DNA of 64,000 bases from an uncultured Duncaniella sp. (lineage in GTDB: Bacteria > Bacteroidota > Bacteroidia > Bacteroidales > Muribaculaceae), in contig CAJUGS010000014.1 of assembly GCA_910586305.1 (NCBI GenBank), positions 360-64,359 on the forward strand. Direction: 5' to 3'. Numbering within the stretch: position 1 is the first letter of the stretch; every line of letters starts with the position of its first letter. This document shows, piece after piece, positions 19,971 to 29,428 of this stretch. The notes under the pieces are model-generated. The model saw nothing but the letters and a program-made list of their open reading frames with translations, was not told the origin of the DNA and searched no databases. A program made the position numbers and the translations under genes.

Positions 19971-21483
19971 CACAGCCATCTCCATTATCAGCATTCTGTC
20001 ATGGGCTACGGCAGCCAGAGTTTCCGCAGCCCCGGCAGTAGAGCAGTGGAAAATATTCGAACTCTCATTCCGGCAGAAAGCCGGACAGCATCCGTTTGAC
20101 AACATCGACTCCGGATGCACCTTCATCAACGGCTGCGACACCGTAAAAGTCAGCGCATTCTATGACGGCAACGACACATATAAAATCCGCTTCATGCCCC
20201 ACAAGCCCGGCCGGTGGACCTACCGCACTTCCGGAAACAGTCCGAAATCGAATCTGCGGGGCAGTTTCGATTGCCTCCCGGCATCACCCGGAAACCACGG
20301 TCCTGTCAGAGTCAACTCGCTCGGATTCGCCTACTCCGACGGAACCGCCTACATCCCCGTGGGTACTACCTGCTACGCATGGACACATCAGCCCGACAGC
20401 CTCATACAGCTGACACTCGAAACCCTCCGCAACAGCTGTTTCAACAAAATCCGAATGTGCATATTCCCCAAAAGCTACGACTGGAACCGCAACGAACCGA
20501 TTCTATACCCTTTCGAAGGTGAGACCGGCAGCTGGGATTTCAACCGTCTCAACCCCGCCTATTTCAGAAATATCGAACAGTGCATCGCCTCGCTTGACAG
20601 CCTCGGCATCGAAGCCGATCTGATTGTCTATCATCCCTATGACCGCTGGGGCTTCAGCAAACTCGACAGGGAAACCAGAGACCGCTACATGCAATATGTC
20701 ATCTCCCGCTTCAGCGCATTCAAAAACGTCTGGTGGAGCATGGCCAACGAATATGACTTCATGGATGCCTATACTGAACAGGATTGGAAATACCATCTTG
20801 AATTTTTTGCTGACAATGACCCGTATGACCATTTGAGAAGTATCCACAACGGGGTGAAACTTTATGACCACAGCGACCCGAATGTGACCCATGTAAGTAT
20901 TCAGGCACCCGATACCGACAATGCCGGCAACCTGTGTCGCACATATTGCAAACCGGTCATATATGATGAGTGTCGTTATGAGGGCAACATTCCTTGGGTG
21001 TGGGGCACACTGTCAGGTGAAGAAATGGTTCAGAAGTTCTGGAGCGGTTTTCTTTCGGGCGGATTTGTCGGACACGGCGAGGTGTTGCTGACCGACAGTT
21101 CGGTGGCTCCTGAAAAGTCTGATGAGGTCCTCTGGTGGTCAAAGGGGGGAACACTCCGCGGCAAGAGCCACGAACCCATCAGGTTTCTAAAGAAAATTCT
21201 TGAAAAGTCTCCTGAAGGGGCAAAGCCTGTAAAAGGTATTACCGGATGGCAGAATTATCCCACCCTCGGGTGTGATGACAAATGGTTTCTGGTATACACA
21301 GGTCGAGACATCCATCGCCAGATGGTGCTTGAACTTCCCGACGATTCGGATTATGAAATCTCTTTGATTGATACCTGGAACATGAATGTCATTCCGGTCG
21401 AAGGTCGATTCCGCGGCCGGTCTATAGTTCCGATAAAGGAACTGCCCTATATGGCCATCATCATAACCGCTGTCACCAACTGA
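19954..21483 (+). CDS. DUF5060/DUF4038-type putative glycoside hydrolase (clan GH-A-like, GH140-related fold)
   Basis: Start set at ATG 19954 (MNRIISTAISIISILSWATA signal). N-terminal Ig-like module (WKIFELSF...YKIRFMPHKPGRWTY), then a TIM-barrel-like part (NKIRMCIFPKSY...WWSMANEYD). The family assignment is from memory. Confidence 0.6.
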   Translation: MNRIISTAISIISILSWATAARVSAAPAVEQWKIFELSFRQKAGQHPFDNIDSGCTFINGCDTVKVSAFYDGNDTYKIRFMPHKPGRWTYRTSGNSPKSNLRGSFDCLPASPGNHGPVRVNSLGFAYSDGTAYIPVGTTCYAWTHQPDSLIQLTLETLRNSCFNKIRMCIFPKSYDWNRNEPILYPFEGETGSWDFNRLNPAYFRNIEQCIASLDSLGIEADLIVYHPYDRWGFSKLDRETRDRYMQYVISRFSAFKNVWWSMANEYDFMDAYTEQDWKYHLEFFADNDPYDHLRSIHNGVKLYDHSDPNVTHVSIQAPDTDNAGNLCRTYCKPVIYDECRYEGNIPWVWGTLSGEEMVQKFWSGFLSGGFVGHGEVLLTDSSVAPEKSDEVLWWSKGGTLRGKSHEPIRFLKKILEKSPEGAKPVKGITGWQNYPTLGCDDKWFLVYTGRDIHRQMVLELPDDSDYEISLIDTWNMNVIPVEGRFRGRSIVPIKELPYMAIIITAVTN

Positions 21484-21507
21484 TTGTCACAGAAATTTTC
21501 AAAACTT

Positions 21508-21668
21508 ATTTAACGTGAGTTCGATATAAGCAATATACCATTCAACAATAAAACAATCAGCCATTTAGATTTGCACTAAATGGCTGATTTTCTTGGTGTT
21601 CTCGCGAAAAATCCGTAAATTTATAGTGCCTAATTAACGTGATTTCTTATATCGAACTCACGTTAAAT
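21508..21668. repeat. 161-bp element bounded by perfect 23-bp inverted repeats, with nested hairpins (MITE-like or inverton-like)
   Basis: atttaacgtgagttcgatataag (21508-21530) is the exact reverse complement of 21646-21668. A third ttaacgtga copy lies at 21634-21642. tta flanks both ends (21506-21508 and 21668-21670). Confidence 0.8.
21555..21596. terminator. Bidirectional intrinsic terminator between convergent genes
   Basis: aatcagccatttag (21555-21568) pairs with ctaaatggctgatt (21576-21589): 14-bp perfect stem, 7-nt loop. T-rich on the plus side (ttttctt) and A-rich upstream (aataaaac), which gives a U tract for the minus strand. Confidence 0.7.
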
Positions 21669-21707
21669 TATGGATAATCCTGGTCATGGTATTTTTTGTC
21701 AAATGAT

Positions 21708-22412
21708 TTATTTGTTTTGCAGTTCCTCAATTATTTTCCACATATGTCCAACAAGCTCTCGGAGTTCGTCAATCCGCATCTGCTGCTCTTCGTTTTGTAT
21801 CATTAAATCTGCTATTCTCTTCTCAATTTCTGAAGAATTTAACTCTTGGTATTCAATTCTTTCTTTGTTTTCTCTTGTCAGATGGTAGATTTGTTCTGAG
21901 ATGTCTCGGAGTTCTTTGGCGTTTTCTTCGAGATCTATTACAGAAGCTTGGATTCTGGCGATATCATTCGTGTTTTTTTCAGCGTGACATCTGTTGTCAT
22001 ACACCATTTCGCGAAGTTCTTCGCAGTCGCCGGATCTGGCTGCATACATGGCTGTCGGGACTGACTGTATCCCCGAGGTGTAGACCGTGGTGTAGTCAGA
22101 GCCTCCTTTGAGATCTATGCCGACCTGCAGGAGAAGGCCCTCGCATGTCCAGTTGACATCTGAAAGACCGTTTTCGACAGTGCTTCCTATCTGCCACTTT
22201 ACAAGTCCCTGCGAAGACGACTTGACGACAGTCTCTTCCGCGAATAAGATGTCGTCGCCGGCGACGATGGCAAATCTGAGACCAATTGATGTGTCAGCAG
22301 CCGGGTTTCCATCAGCATTGTTTATAACAGCTTGATAATTCATGGTGTTAAGTCCGGCCAACATGGAGAGAGTGGAGAGAGCGGCTATAATGAGAGTAAG
22401 AAATTTTTTCAT
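21708..22412 (-). CDS. Secreted hypothetical protein: N-terminal beta-rich domain plus ~90-aa C-terminal coiled coil
   Basis: Signal peptide MKKFLTLIIAALSTLSMLAG. The NYQAVINNADGNPAADTSIGLRFAI motif recalls repeats at the N-termini of Bacteroidota tail-fibre-like surface proteins (from memory). The C-terminus is heptad-rich (IDLEENAKELRDISEQIYHL...IDELRELVGHMWKIIEELQNK). Confidence 0.5.
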   Translation of the reverse strand: MKKFLTLIIAALSTLSMLAGLNTMNYQAVINNADGNPAADTSIGLRFAIVAGDDILFAEETVVKSSSQGLVKWQIGSTVENGLSDVNWTCEGLLLQVGIDLKGGSDYTTVYTSGIQSVPTAMYAARSGDCEELREMVYDNRCHAEKNTNDIARIQASVIDLEENAKELRDISEQIYHLTRENKERIEYQELNSSEIEKRIADLMIQNEEQQMRIDELRELVGHMWKIIEELQNK

Positions 22413-22915
22413 TTTACGACGAATTTAAAGGATTTGTGAGTATTGTTTTTGGTTACAGCCATGGCAATATACAGGCCGGGGGAGAGTGTTGGTAGTTTTA
22501 CGACGGTGCTATATGCTCTGCTGACAATGATTTGTCCGGAGATCTCGGTTACTACTACTTTGCACTGTGAGCTTCCATCTGGAAGTGTCACAAGCAGTGT
22601 GTGCGTTTCTTCACAATAGGCAATCTCCGGGCGGTCATTCTCGGTATACTGGGTCAGGTCGAGACTTGAAGAGCTCTGTGACACTCCAGTGAGCGTGGCA
22701 AAGAGGCCTTGCAATACAGGAATGTCGCCTTCCGTTACTTCCGGAAGGGATATAGGCGACCCTATTTCCTGACTTATTGATAGTCCGGCAAGCGTTGTGA
22801 CTGAGATTTCGGATGTGTAGTCCTGTAGGGTAATTTCCGGAGTTTGCGAAGATGAATATACCGGAATAATCACTCCTACTGAAAGGGCTACAATACCTTT
22901 TCTGATAAGAGTCAT
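22409..22915 (-). CDS. Small secreted protein with T9SS (Por) C-terminal sorting domain
   Basis: 168 aa, N-terminal signal. The C-terminus CKVVVTEISGQIIVSRAYSTVVKLPTLSPGLYIAMAVTKNNTHKSFKFVVK fits the type-A CTD pattern. It overlaps the downstream gene by 4 nt (ATGA). Confidence 0.55.
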   Translation of the reverse strand: MTLIRKGIVALSVGVIIPVYSSSQTPEITLQDYTSEISVTTLAGLSISQEIGSPISLPEVTEGDIPVLQGLFATLTGVSQSSSSLDLTQYTENDRPEIAYCEETHTLLVTLPDGSSQCKVVVTEISGQIIVSRAYSTVVKLPTLSPGLYIAMAVTKNNTHKSFKFVVK

Positions 22916-23308
22916 AGCTAAATTGTTTAGAGTGTGATATTGCTTTCAGACGTTTTGGGCCTGAATGTTACATATTTGGATAGTTGCAAGTGAAATACAT
23001 TGGTCGGGTTGTTGATTATAGCCGTCAGAGACAAGAATGGCATAGGTATTAGGTCAACATATCATAAAGAAAAAATACATTTGTTTGACTAATAATCCAT
23101 TTAATATGCAAAATTAATGGATAAATGTTTTATTTAACCCCTTTAGATTGTTAAGATTTGCTAAAGAAAAGTGTGTTTCTTTTTATGATACTTTGTGAGA
23201 TGGTGCATTATCCGATTGTAGTTTGTGTTTTTGAGATGTGACAAATATTAGTTAATTTTACATTCTGAAACGATATGAATATGAAAACTCACATACAATT
23301 TGAATAAT

Positions 23309-24634
23309 ATGAAAGGTGGACCTGTTGAATTAGCGCGGATTTCGACCTTGCGCGGACTTCTCGGGCTTTCTCCCGTAGTGGTCTTTATGTTGGCCTATCT
23401 TGCTGTGTCGATTGTCATCGGTGATTTCTACAAGATGCCTCTCTCGGTGGCGATTCTTGTGGCTTCGATATGGGGTATGGTGGTCTATACCGGTGGAGGC
23501 AGTCTTGCGTCTCGCATAGAGACGTTCTCACGTGCGGCGGCACATCCGAGCATAATGTATATGGTGTGGATCTTTATCATGGCCGGTGCGTTTGCCTCTG
23601 TTGCGAGGGAGATTGGTGCTGTTGATGCCACGGTAGAGCTTACACTCAGATGCTTTCCTGCAAGATTCATCGTGCCTGGCCTTTTCGTGGCAGCCTGTCT
23701 CATATCGCTTTCCATCGGCACTTCGGTCGGCACTGTGGTGGCCCTCACTCCTCTTGCGGCAGATATAGCCGGTATGTCGGGCGACAGTCTGGCGTTCTAT
23801 GTTGCCGTGGTGCTTGGAGGAGCGTTTTTTGGCGATAATCTTTCGTTTATTTCCGACACCACCATTGCCGCTACCCGTTCGCAGGGATGCAAGACGGCCG
23901 ATAAGTTCAGGGCTAATCTTTGGATTGCGCTTCCGGCGGCCATAGTCACTCTCGTTGTATATGTGCTGATGAGTTCCGGAGCGTCTCAGCCTGTGGTCGA
24001 GGGCCATCATTCTCCATGGCTGGTGGTGCCATATGTAGTCGTCCTTGTTGCAGCTGCCTGTGGTGTGAATGTTATGATAGTGCTATTGCTCGGACTTGTC
24101 TCTGCTTTACTGCTTGGCATTTTGGACGGATTCAGTATAATATCGCTTTTCGGAGCCATGGGGGCCGGTATAGGTTCCATGGGCGACCTCATAATAGTCA
24201 CCCTTCTGGCTTCGGGAATGCTCGGCATCATCAAGGCCGCCGGTGGCATTCAGTATCTGCTTCAGTGCCTGTCGGCGCGCGTGAGCGGTCTGCGGGGTGC
24301 GCAGGGATGCATAGCCGTGCTGGTGGCACTCGTCAACCTGTGTACCGCTAACAACACTGTTGCCATTATTACGGTAGGAGGTATAGCTCGCGAAATCTGT
24401 GGCCGTTATGGGGTGGATCCGCGCAAGAGCGCGTCGCTGCTCGACTCCTGCTCGTGTATTGTGCAGTGTCTTATTCCCTACGGGGCACAGACTCTCCTTG
24501 CCACTTCGCTTGCCGGTATCCCTCCGGTGGCTCCATTTGTGTATCTGTACTATCCTTGGGCGCTTGCCGCAATGGTGGTTCTTTCCATTCTGTTCCTGTT
24601 TCCCGGCTCCTATTCCCGCAAGACAGCCGATTGA
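23309..24634 (+). CDS. nhaC: Na+/H+ antiporter, NhaC family
   Basis: About 441 aa and polytopic. The GGAFFGDNLSFISDTTIAATRSQG motif is typical of NhaC. ATG 23309 is preferred over the TTG at 23300. Confidence 0.8.
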   Translation: MKGGPVELARISTLRGLLGLSPVVVFMLAYLAVSIVIGDFYKMPLSVAILVASIWGMVVYTGGGSLASRIETFSRAAAHPSIMYMVWIFIMAGAFASVAREIGAVDATVELTLRCFPARFIVPGLFVAACLISLSIGTSVGTVVALTPLAADIAGMSGDSLAFYVAVVLGGAFFGDNLSFISDTTIAATRSQGCKTADKFRANLWIALPAAIVTLVVYVLMSSGASQPVVEGHHSPWLVVPYVVVLVAAACGVNVMIVLLLGLVSALLLGILDGFSIISLFGAMGAGIGSMGDLIIVTLLASGMLGIIKAAGGIQYLLQCLSARVSGLRGAQGCIAVLVALVNLCTANNTVAIITVGGIAREICGRYGVDPRKSASLLDSCSCIVQCLIPYGAQTLLATSLAGIPPVAPFVYLYYPWALAAMVVLSILFLFPGSYSRKTAD

Positions 24635-24645
24635 GCGGAGACTTG

Positions 24646-26112
24646 TCAGAACGACCGCTCGCGTCGTGAGGCATCGATACGCAGAAGTATGAACAGCAGG
24701 AATGTGAAGCCCCACAGCGACGAGCCTCCGTAACTGAAGAACGGGAGCGGAATGCCTATGACCGGACACAGTCCTATCACCATTCCTATATTGATGGCTA
24801 TGTGGAATATCAGATAGCTTGCCACGCAGTAGGCATAGACTCGCCCGAACACTGTCGGCTGTCGCTCGGCAAGAGATATGATGCGTAGGATGAGGATGAG
24901 AAAGACAACAAGAACTGCTGCCGAGCCGACAAATCCCTCCTCTTCGCCTATGGTACAGTAGATGAAATCGGTGTGCTGTTCAGGCACGTACTTCAGTTTG
25001 GTCTGTGTCCCGTTGAGAAAACCCTTGCCATATATACCGCCCGATCCGATGGCGATTTTTGACTGGTTGACATTGTAGCCTGCTCCACGCAGGTCCTCTT
25101 CGATACCAAGCGCCACTTTGATACGCATCTGCTGGTGGGGCTGGAGGATGGACGTGAAAGCGTAGTCGACAGAGAACATGAATATTATAGAGGCCACGGC
25201 AGTGCCCACTGTGATGATGAGGTTTCGTGCCTTGGTCTTGAACATGAGCAGCACGCAGTAGGCCAGCGCAACGGCGATTACCCCCATGAAATAGAAAAGG
25301 CCCGGCACACTCACGCCCAGCATTTCGAGTACTCCTACAATGACACCGGTCCCGACGAACCAGAGGAAAACGTTTCTGGCCCCTTCGAGGTGTTTGCAGT
25401 ATATGGCCAGCATGGCCACTATAAGCACCATGATCATGATGAAAACCGCAGCCTGGCCTGATGGTATGCCCACAATCATGCTCCCTGTGAATTTCACCTC
25501 GACTACAAAGAATACCACGGCGCAGAATGCTGCCAGAAGCACCAGGCCGCTCATACCCTCGCGATAGAGCACGAAGAAAAGCGACAGATATACCAGGGCC
25601 GAACCTGTCTCCTTCTGTCCTAAGATGAGAATGATCGGCAGGAAGATAATCAGCAGGGCTCGGATGTAGTTGGCTCTTGATGCATTGAGCACGAAGTTGT
25701 AGCTCGAGAAGAGTTTGGCCAGGCATAGTGCCGTGGCGAATTTTCCGAACTCGGCCGGCTGGAGGCTCATGGGGCCTATCACAAGCCACGACCGAGAGCC
25801 TTTGATGTCAGGCGCTATGAATATCGTCACCAAGAGTAGTAAAAGCAACCCGCCATATATGACGTAGGCATAGTTTTCATAGACCCTCACGTCAATGAGC
25901 AGAAGCACGAGTCCGAGTCCGAGCGACAGGCCTATCCAACGGAATTGCTTGCCGGAAAACTCTGTGAAACTCAGCATATTCGCATGGTCGAAGTCATAGC
26001 TTGCAGCATAGATGCTGACCATTCCGGCCATAACGAGGAGAATGTATAGCACCACGGTGAACCAGTCGACGTAGCGCAGGGTTGATGATGATTTTTCGTC
26101 CTGTTGTCTCAT
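24646..26112 (-). CDS. rodA: SEDS-family peptidoglycan glycosyltransferase RodA
   Basis: 488 aa, ~10 TM helices, FtsW/RodA motifs (GSRSWL, QPAEFGKF, DFIYCTIGEEEGF, PLPFFSYGGSS). Directly downstream of mrdA in the mre cluster. Confidence 0.9.
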   Translation of the reverse strand: MRQQDEKSSSTLRYVDWFTVVLYILLVMAGMVSIYAASYDFDHANMLSFTEFSGKQFRWIGLSLGLGLVLLLIDVRVYENYAYVIYGGLLLLLLVTIFIAPDIKGSRSWLVIGPMSLQPAEFGKFATALCLAKLFSSYNFVLNASRANYIRALLIIFLPIILILGQKETGSALVYLSLFFVLYREGMSGLVLLAAFCAVVFFVVEVKFTGSMIVGIPSGQAAVFIMIMVLIVAMLAIYCKHLEGARNVFLWFVGTGVIVGVLEMLGVSVPGLFYFMGVIAVALAYCVLLMFKTKARNLIITVGTAVASIIFMFSVDYAFTSILQPHQQMRIKVALGIEEDLRGAGYNVNQSKIAIGSGGIYGKGFLNGTQTKLKYVPEQHTDFIYCTIGEEEGFVGSAAVLVVFLILILRIISLAERQPTVFGRVYAYCVASYLIFHIAINIGMVIGLCPVIGIPLPFFSYGGSSLWGFTFLLFILLRIDASRRERSF

Positions 26113-26120
26113 GCGGCGTG

Positions 26121-27983
26121 TCAGTGTTTTTTTGTTCCGGCAAACTGTATGGTGTTGCTGTTAAACATTCTTTCTTCGATATATTTTCTCTCTGGTGCTA
26201 TGCATCCCTTGAGATATTTCTCCATCACGAGCGATCCGATCGGTACTCCGAACGTGGCTCCGAAACCGGCGTTCTCCACATAGACGGCTATTGCGATTTT
26301 CGGGTCATGATAGGGGGCGAATCCCATGAAGGCCGAGTGGTCACGTCCGTGTGGGTTCTGTGCCGTACCAGTCTTTCCACACACCTCAATGTCCGGAAGG
26401 TTGGCCAGGCGGCAAGTACCGCCGGTCACAGCCATACGCATTCCCTCGGCAATGTCGTTATACCAGTGGGAAGCTATGGACGGGTGGTGTACTTCGAGAT
26501 ATTCGGCCGGGAGCACCGTATCCTGTATCTCCTTGACTACATGGGGCGTCACATAGTGTCCGCGGTTGGCTATGGTGGCCGAGAGATTGGCTATCTGTAG
26601 TGGAGTGGCGAGAATCTCTCCCTGCCCGATTGAAATGGATATGATGGTATTAGCACTCCAGTGGCCGTCGCCATACCACTTGTTGTAGAAATCCACATTG
26701 GGGATGAATCCTCGGTATTCGCCGGGAAGGTCTACTCCGAGCTTGTAGCCGTAGCCCATCGACACCATATGCTTTTTCCAGATGTCGAAAGCAGCTGCCG
26801 ACGAGCCGTATTTACCCCTCTTGTCGATCATTGCCTTGAAACCCCAGCAGAAGTAGGCGTTGCACGATGTCTGTAAGGCCGGTTTGAGCGGTAGGGGAGA
26901 GCCATGACCGTGGCATCCCACTCTGAGTCCGCCAGAGATGAAGCCATGGTAGCAAGGGAACATTGTGCCTGTGGTGATTATACCCTCTTCAAGAAGTATG
27001 AGACCCTGTGTGGGCTTGAAGGTCGATCCTGGAGGATATGTGGCCTGGATGGCGCGGTTGAAGAGGGGCTTGTCGGGGTCCTTCATCAACTTGTTGTAGT
27101 TGGTGCCGCGCTCTCGACCTATCAGCAGGGATGGATCGTAGGATGGAGCCGATACCAGGCAGAGTATCTCTCCTGTAGCAGGTTCGATAGCCACCACCGC
27201 ACCTTTTTTATTCATCATCAGTGATTCGGCATACTGCTGGAGCTCTATGTTGAGGCTGAGTTTTACGTTGCGTCCGGCCACGGCATCGCGGTCGAGTGCG
27301 CCTTCCTCATATCGTCCTTGTATTCGTCCGAGTGCGTCGCGCATCAGCACTTCCACTCCTTTCTGTCCTCTCAGCTGCTCTTCATAGGTGTGTTCGATAC
27401 CTATGTCGCCTATGTAGTCACCAGGCCTGTAGTAGAGGTCGCGGTCGATATCCTTCTGCGACACTTCGCGTATATTGCCCAGCACATTGGCTGCTGCTTT
27501 GTAGTTGTATTCGCGCAATATCCTTTTCTGGATATAGAATCCCGGAAAACGATACAGTTTTTCCTGTAATCGGCCATAGTCTTCGGCTGTGAGGTGGGTG
27601 AGGAGCCGTTGGGGCGAATATGTGGAGTAGGCCGGATTCTTGCGTCTGTCTCGGATGTCGGCAAACCTTTTCACCAATTCATCGCGGGTGATTCCTACGG
27701 CATTGCAGAAATCAATGGTGTCGAATTCGGCTACGTCGCGCGGGATTATCATCACGTCGTAGGCCGGCTGGTTGTACACCACCAGTCTTCCGTCACGGTC
27801 ATAGATGATGCCTCGCGAGGGAAACACCGCCTTGCGAAGGAAGGCATTGGAATCGGCATATTCCTTGTATTTGGAGTCGGCTACCTGGAGATTGAAAAGC
27901 CTGACAAGGTATATGAGGACAATAACTGTGATAAAACCACCGATTACGTAGCGACGGCGGGCGAGATTATAGTCTTTTCTCAC
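26121..27983 (-). CDS. mrdA: Penicillin-binding protein 2 (elongasome transpeptidase)
   Basis: 620 aa, N-terminal TM anchor. Transpeptidase motifs STFK (PPGSTFKP), SCN, KTG (GKTGTAQ). Confidence 0.92.
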   Translation of the reverse strand: MRKDYNLARRRYVIGGFITVIVLIYLVRLFNLQVADSKYKEYADSNAFLRKAVFPSRGIIYDRDGRLVVYNQPAYDVMIIPRDVAEFDTIDFCNAVGITRDELVKRFADIRDRRKNPAYSTYSPQRLLTHLTAEDYGRLQEKLYRFPGFYIQKRILREYNYKAAANVLGNIREVSQKDIDRDLYYRPGDYIGDIGIEHTYEEQLRGQKGVEVLMRDALGRIQGRYEEGALDRDAVAGRNVKLSLNIELQQYAESLMMNKKGAVVAIEPATGEILCLVSAPSYDPSLLIGRERGTNYNKLMKDPDKPLFNRAIQATYPPGSTFKPTQGLILLEEGIITTGTMFPCYHGFISGGLRVGCHGHGSPLPLKPALQTSCNAYFCWGFKAMIDKRGKYGSSAAAFDIWKKHMVSMGYGYKLGVDLPGEYRGFIPNVDFYNKWYGDGHWSANTIISISIGQGEILATPLQIANLSATIANRGHYVTPHVVKEIQDTVLPAEYLEVHHPSIASHWYNDIAEGMRMAVTGGTCRLANLPDIEVCGKTGTAQNPHGRDHSAFMGFAPYHDPKIAIAVYVENAGFGATFGVPIGSLVMEKYLKGCIAPERKYIEERMFNSNTIQFAGTKKH

Positions 27984-28518
27984 TGTGGGGAGTCATTAGG
28001 GAGTCTGCGCCGAGCATGAGCAACATCGACAGGACTGTGCTGGCTATGACGCGCAGGACGAGTTGGAGAGGATTGAAGAATGTGAACGACTCTATCAGGA
28101 AAATGAGAGAGCAATACAATAGCGACATAGTGAGCAGATACTTGAGGTAGACTGCCGTTCCGAGCGACTGGAGCGTAGGCTCGGGACGTGTCAGGTCCTC
28201 CTCACGGGGCACATATAGTCGAAGGATAGGACGGCGGAACATGGCCAGAACTGTGCATGACAAGGCGTTCATGCCGGGAGTGTCGGAGAAGATGTCGACC
28301 ACGAGACCAAGAAGGAAACCCACGGTCAGCACCTGATTGGTGTTCATCGTGATGGGCAGACGCACGATGACATAAATGAACACCATCGGCACTGCCAGGT
28401 TGAAGAGGCAGATGTGGTTGAACACGAGCACTTGGGCAAGTACGAGTACAACCGACAGAACTATGAATTGCAGTGCGGTCTTGCTCATATCTGTGTCAGA
28501 ATTCGTCTTTAATTTCAA
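27967..28518 (-). CDS. mreD: Rod shape-determining protein MreD
   Basis: Small polytopic membrane protein located between mreC and mrdA. An alternative start at 28488 (MSKTALQF...) would remove the 23-nt overlap with mreC. Confidence 0.8.
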   Translation of the reverse strand: MKLKTNSDTDMSKTALQFIVLSVVLVLAQVLVFNHICLFNLAVPMVFIYVIVRLPITMNTNQVLTVGFLLGLVVDIFSDTPGMNALSCTVLAMFRRPILRLYVPREEDLTRPEPTLQSLGTAVYLKYLLTMSLLYCSLIFLIESFTFFNPLQLVLRVIASTVLSMLLMLGADSLMTPHSEKRL

Positions 28519-29350
28519 GCTCCTTTTCCACAGTCTGGAGCTCTGTTTTCATATTGTCGCGTATCACGCGGACAGTGGAGAGAGTCGAGAAATCGGTGAA
28601 GAGCTTCACGCGCAGAGTGTAGAAGTTGTCTTCCCTGTCACGTTGGCCCGACAGGATGGTGCCGATAGGCACTCCTTCGGGAAATACTGACGAGTATCCG
28701 CTGGTCACCACTGTGTCACCCTTGACGAAGCGGGCGTGTTTGGGCAGCTCCTCGAGAATGGCCTCGCCGGGGTCTTTGCCGTCCCATACGAGCGATCCCA
28801 CCTGGGCGGCTCCCTTCACCTTGCAGGATAAGCGCAGGTAGGGGTTGAGCACCGAGATGAGTCGGGCGGTATGGTCGCCCACCACGTTGACAATGCCTAC
28901 TATACCGTTCTGGTCCATCACACCCATTTCAGGCTCGATTCCGTCGAGCCGTCCCTTTTCGATAGTGATATAATTGTGGGAGTGGTTGATGGAGTTGTTG
29001 ATTACATCGGCTATTATGAAGTGGTAGCGTGCCAGTGCCGAGTCAACGGTCATAGTGTCGGCATACACTTTCTGGTTGTGGGTGCGTATTATCTCTTTCA
29101 GACGATATATCTCAAGCTCGAGATCAGAGTTGCGCCTCTGAAGGTCTTCGTTGATATCTCGAAGCGAGAAGTAGGAGGTCACCGAGTTGGCAGTGCGGTA
29201 GACGGCCGACGAGGCAACATTGGCCGAGGTGAGATAGACATGATGCTGGAACGGGTTGCCCGAGAAGAGCAACACGCAGCTTGCCGTGACGTAGAGGGCA
29301 AAGAGAAACCAACTGCTGTATTTTACGAGAAATTTGAGTAGCTCGTTCAC
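28496..29350 (-). CDS. mreC: Rod shape-determining protein MreC
   Basis: 284 aa. N-terminal anchor, coiled coil (LQRRNSDLELEIYRLKEI), C-terminal beta domains (TSGYSSVFPEGVPIG). Confidence 0.9.
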   Translation of the reverse strand: MNELLKFLVKYSSWFLFALYVTASCVLLFSGNPFQHHVYLTSANVASSAVYRTANSVTSYFSLRDINEDLQRRNSDLELEIYRLKEIIRTHNQKVYADTMTVDSALARYHFIIADVINNSINHSHNYITIEKGRLDGIEPEMGVMDQNGIVGIVNVVGDHTARLISVLNPYLRLSCKVKGAAQVGSLVWDGKDPGEAILEELPKHARFVKGDTVVTSGYSSVFPEGVPIGTILSGQRDREDNFYTLRVKLFTDFSTLSTVRVIRDNMKTELQTVEKELEIKDEF

Positions 29351-29428
29351 GTGAGAGGGTGGGTATATAGCAAATTACGGGGACGTGCCATGACGCACGT
29401 CCCTGTAATCTATGAGAAGTTGTGTTTG

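Noticed and set aside
24632-24660. Convergent nhaC and rodA stop codons only 11 nt apart, with a 6-bp gagcgg/ccgctc hairpin reaching into rodA
   Set aside because: The stem is too short and there is no U tract, so I do not call it a terminator. It most likely reflects tight gene packing.
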